Source of the DNA: Halothiobacillus sp. 35-54-62
Lineage (GTDB): Bacteria > Pseudomonadota > Gammaproteobacteria > Halothiobacillales > Halothiobacillaceae
Length of the DNA: 64,000 bases
Assembly: GCA_002281295.1 (NCBI GenBank)
Contig: NCFS01000003.1
Span: forward strand, 7,577-71,576
Direction of reading: 5' to 3'
Below are positions 61,042-64,000 of the stretch, one piece after another; position 1 is the stretch's first letter, and each line of letters starts with the position of its first letter. Made by a program: the position numbers and the translations under genes. The notes under the pieces are model-generated. The model was not told the DNA's origin, made no database searches, and saw nothing but the letters and a program-made list of their open reading frames with translations.

Positions 61042-61431
61042 GCCCGCCACCGCGTGGCTAGTGGTAATCCACGGCAAAGCGGGCTCAAAACTCACATATA
61101 AAATCAAAGGCGCTGAAAGCAAAAGCATCCCCGTGAGCATGAGCATGCCGGTGCCTGAGATGCGCCGCTCTTGGCGCAGCCAGCCCGCGCGGGCATGCAC
61201 CAGCCACACGGCGCCAATTAATATCAACAATAGCAAGCCGCCCAGCACATGGGCGGCCGTTATTAGGGTGCGGGCAATGCCCGAAGGGGTCCAGGGCAGC
61301 TCAAGTTCCCACTGAAAAGTGAGTAACAAGGGCCACATGGCGAGCCCGGTGAGCAAAACCCAGGCGAATACCCCCATCAATATGGGGGCAAACCAACTGG
61401 GGTAACCCTGCTGTTTGAACTTAGCCAGCAT
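60979..61431 (-). CDS. His-rich 4-TM inner-membrane protein (possible b-type cytochrome / DUF4405-like)
   Basis: The 150-aa ORF has four hydrophobic helices with His residues inside or at helix ends (AAHVLGG, LVHARAG, SHAVAG, IVHLIS) and an Arg-rich C-terminus. The start overlaps the apbE stop by 11 nt. Confidence 0.5.
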   Translation of the reverse strand: MLAKFKQQGYPSWFAPILMGVFAWVLLTGLAMWPLLLTFQWELELPWTPSGIARTLITAAHVLGGLLLLILIGAVWLVHARAGWLRQERRISGTGMLMLTGMLLLSAPLILYVSFEPALPWITTSHAVAGLMLPVLLIVHLISRRSRRRR

Positions 61432-62275
61432 GGCAATCCCGCAGATGACTCGGGCGTGGCATAACCTCAGTGCCCAAATGGCTTGAACTTAATAATTGCC
61501 CGCCCAGTTTTTGCACCCAAGCGGCGGCCTGATCGGGGGCAGATGCGCTGGCAACTTTGGTTAAAGCGTCTGCCCGCCAAGCCTGCGGCGCGATGACCGT
61601 CCAATGGCCCTGGGTTAGGCTTTTTTGTTGCGCCATTAATTGGGCGGGGTAGCGTGTGGGGTCTAACCCCGCCGCCGAGGTCGCACAGGCACCATTGTGT
61701 AGCATGCCTAGGGGCTCGCTACCCAGCGCTTTAGCCAATTGAATCGGCTGCGGTGTACCAAAGCAACGCCAATCGCCCCCCGCATTAACCACCGCTTGGC
61801 TTATCCCTAGCTGGCGTAGCCTTGCGATGGCACGGTCAACCGCAAACCCTTTGGCGATGCCATCTAGGGTGATGAGCACAGCGCGGCGACGGCGAACTTC
61901 TAATCCCCGAAGTTCCAAGTCATCTACTGAGCCGATAGAAATAAAATCCACCCCGTGATCGGGTAATTTGCCCAAAGCAACTAAAGCGCCGCCTACCGTC
62001 GGATTAAAGCGATGGTCACTTGCCGTGGCCATGTTTTTTGCCCAATGCAATACCCGCGCAGTCCATGGGTGCACGGTGATGGGCGTGCGCGCTCGATTAA
62101 GCCGCGATAACTCGCTATCCACCGCGTGAAAACTCATCAACGATTCAATCAGCGCAATATCGCGATAAGCCGCCGCTACGGCCGATTCAATCTGTGCAGC
62201 GGGCAAAGGGGCTGACGCTGTAATCTCAACAAACGTGCCTAAAGCGGGGCGCAGCCGCCGATTGTGCCGAATCAT
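61421..62275 (-). CDS. apbE: FAD:protein FMN transferase (ApbE family), no signal peptide detected
   Basis: The 284-aa ORF begins MIRHNRRLRPALGTFVEITA (the conserved MGT-like start of the ApbE fold) and contains DGIAKGFAVD and NAGGD motifs. The start overlaps the stop of the FMN_bind gene by 4 nt. Confidence 0.82.
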   Translation of the reverse strand: MIRHNRRLRPALGTFVEITASAPLPAAQIESAVAAAYRDIALIESLMSFHAVDSELSRLNRARTPITVHPWTARVLHWAKNMATASDHRFNPTVGGALVALGKLPDHGVDFISIGSVDDLELRGLEVRRRRAVLITLDGIAKGFAVDRAIARLRQLGISQAVVNAGGDWRCFGTPQPIQLAKALGSEPLGMLHNGACATSAAGLDPTRYPAQLMAQQKSLTQGHWTVIAPQAWRADALTKVASASAPDQAAAWVQKLGGQLLSSSHLGTEVMPRPSHLRDCHAG

Positions 62276-62817
62276 TGGGCGGGCGCTGGCGGTAACAGCG
62301 CCACTTGCTGCAAGGCCAGCAAGCGCTTAACGCCATTGGTAATATTGCGGCAGGAAAGACTCGCGCCGCTAATATTTTGAATGTCTTCGCCTAAATCCAA
62401 TTTATCGCGCAAGGTTTTACCTAAAAACTGGCTGCGCCAAGTGGCTTCACGCACTTGATCGCCATAGGTTTCCAAATATTCCATAATTTCAATGCCCAGC
62501 ACATGGCCATCGGGCGAAAGCGCAGCGGCATAACGGATAAATTCGTGCTTGCCGATAACTCGATCCTCGATGTACCAACCGATGAAAGATCCGTTTTTTT
62601 CGACGCGCCACACCGGTTGCTCCGCCCATCGTTGTTTTACATCTGAAAGTGCCTTGATTTTGTCGCGTTCAGCATCGGTAAGGCTCCGCTTCGCATCTAT
62701 AAAAGCGGTTGCCGATGAAAAAAGTGCCCGCTGTGCACCCGCCGTATCAAAATATTCGTTGGCTTGGGCCATCGGCATCACGATGGGCGCCAGCAAAATA
62801 AATGGCGCATAGCGCAT
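62272..62817 (-). CDS. Exported FMN-binding (FMN_bind, NqrC/RnfG-like) domain protein
   Basis: It has a signal peptide (MRYAPFILLAPIVMPMAQA). The C-terminal DIQNISGASLSCRNITNGVKR matches the [ST]GA[ST] flavinylation site motif of ApbE substrates. Confidence 0.7.
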   Translation of the reverse strand: MRYAPFILLAPIVMPMAQANEYFDTAGAQRALFSSATAFIDAKRSLTDAERDKIKALSDVKQRWAEQPVWRVEKNGSFIGWYIEDRVIGKHEFIRYAAALSPDGHVLGIEIMEYLETYGDQVREATWRSQFLGKTLRDKLDLGEDIQNISGASLSCRNITNGVKRLLALQQVALLPPAPAQ

Positions 62818-62827
62818 GATCGACCTC

Positions 62828-63748
62828 CTAAAAGTTGTAGCCGACTTTCAATCGCACTTCATTGCGTTCGTGATCAGCCAAATGCAGGTTGGTTCGGTTG
62901 TTAAAACCTACCTGCTCGCTCGAACCGGCCCACTGATGCGCCCAGGTCAGCGTAAACCACCAATCCTTCGCACCGTAATGAATGCTGGGACCGGCAAAAA
63001 AATCCCAGTGATCAAATTCCCAGCCACCACTGCCGGGCTCGGTTGGGTCAGCTGCGGCATTCAATACTTCCATATCGACCCAGCCTTCCGCCCCAATCGA
63101 CCAATTCGGCGCAAATCGGTAAGAAACCCCCGAACGTAAACGCGGTGCCAACGCACTTTCCACCATGCCGCTGGTATTGTCTTTAGCCGTTTCTGCTTCG
63201 AGTTCGATATTGGTCAGCCATTGCAGCTGGCCATCCATAAAGGGTTTTTGAAAAATTAATTTGGTTTCAATCTCCCAGCCCCGAATACCCGCGCCGGTAA
63301 TGCTATCTACCGTGTCATACGTGAGCTCGCCATACAAAGCGACCCCTAAATCATCCTTATAGGGTGACAGCAGCATTTTTTTGACCTCAACAGAGAAGCC
63401 ACTCAATTTTGTTTGCTTCAACCCGCCTTCAATTTCACCAGGCACGGGGCTGCCGCTGTAGTTATGCCGGTAGCCATTTAAATAAACAGAGGCTGAGAGA
63501 TCGTCCGTTAAGCCGCGCTCATACTCCAGCCGGAAATAATCCGCGCGATAGCTGCCTTGGCGCTTGCCCGTGTGCACTGTGTTCCACAAATACAGCTCGT
63601 TACCCCCTTTGGGCGTTGTTTCAGCGCCTACGGTGTAGCCCAACAGATTTTCATCGGCTTTTGCCGACTCAATCATCGGTGGGGCAAAAACCCCCAAGAT
63701 ACTCAAAGAGGTGCCCCAAAACACCGATGTCCGTGAAAAACTTTGCAT
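62828..63748 (-). CDS. Predicted outer-membrane beta-barrel protein
   Basis: The ATG at 63748 follows AAGGTGA. It has a signal peptide (...LGVFAPPMIESAKA), alternating amphipathic strands rich in Y/G/W, and a C-terminal ...RLKVGYNF (terminal Phe). It lies 10 nt upstream of the FMN_bind gene. Confidence 0.6.
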   Translation of the reverse strand: MQSFSRTSVFWGTSLSILGVFAPPMIESAKADENLLGYTVGAETTPKGGNELYLWNTVHTGKRQGSYRADYFRLEYERGLTDDLSASVYLNGYRHNYSGSPVPGEIEGGLKQTKLSGFSVEVKKMLLSPYKDDLGVALYGELTYDTVDSITGAGIRGWEIETKLIFQKPFMDGQLQWLTNIELEAETAKDNTSGMVESALAPRLRSGVSYRFAPNWSIGAEGWVDMEVLNAAADPTEPGSGGWEFDHWDFFAGPSIHYGAKDWWFTLTWAHQWAGSSEQVGFNNRTNLHLADHERNEVRLKVGYNF

Positions 63749-63917
63749 AGAGATCACCTTTATTAACTTAACACCAACGAGAACCATTCGCATTATTGAT
63801 ATAAATTGTCTTATGTCAACCCCGTTGCCAAATGCGGGCAGGCTTAGGGAAGTTGTGTTTAACTGGGTAAACCGATGCCGGGACATAATCCAAGCATCGG
63901 TATTGAGTAAAAAGATA

Positions 63918-63947
63918 AACAATTCAACTAATTGTTTTAAAACAATT
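63918..63947. promoter_or_regulatory. Overlapping palindromes, candidate operator upstream of the OMP/FMN_bind/apbE operon
   Basis: AACAATT-CAACT-AATTGTT (63918-63936) overlaps a perfect 18-bp palindrome AATTGTTTTAAAACAATT (63930-63947), in an AT-rich region about 180 nt upstream of the OMP start. Confidence 0.3.
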
Positions 63948-64000
63948 ATAAGAATGCATGCCGCCAAAAATACGCCTTGGCATACCCGCCAATTGACGGC

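Overview
This is a 64-kb chromosomal segment that looks gammaproteobacterial, judged from E. coli/Pseudomonas-like synteny; GC is roughly 50-55% by eye and the taxon is not resolved further. Most of it is conserved housekeeping: hslVU, xerC plus a DUF484 gene, thrS-infC-rpmI-rplT-pheST-ihfA plus a MerR gene, prfC, metH, pyrG-kdsA-eno-ftsB-ispDF, rlmC, yceF/yceD-rpmF-plsX-fabH and uvrY-uvrC. Interspersed are a YbhGFSR-like ABC exporter, an EmrRAB-like efflux operon, a divergent pair of c-di-GMP genes, mntH, zapD-minC, lplT and an MscS-family channel. There is also an envelope locus (OmpR-type two-component system plus a membrane hydrolase, a divergent CpxP/Spy-like gene, and an S8 protease). 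I saw no rRNA, tRNA, CRISPR array, prophage, transposase or recognisable defence island. Four things deserve a second look. (1) A tightly packed four-gene operon at 60979-63748 encodes an outer-membrane barrel, an exported FMN_bind protein with an SGAS flavinylation motif, an ApbE without a signal peptide, and a His-rich 4-TM protein. It is a candidate trans-envelope flavin-based redox module and my best candidate for an undescribed system. (2) Two families of palindromic MITE-like repeats sit at synteny breakpoints. One copy supplies the stop codons of both flanking convergent genes, and another lies next to a decayed aas gene. (3) A subtilisin-like protease with a GlyGly-CTERM-like tail is translationally coupled to a lipoprotein that resembles the protease's own propeptide. 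(4) minC lies next to zapD without minDE. infC appears to start at ATA. All functional calls rest on reading the translations and recognising motifs; no database search was run.
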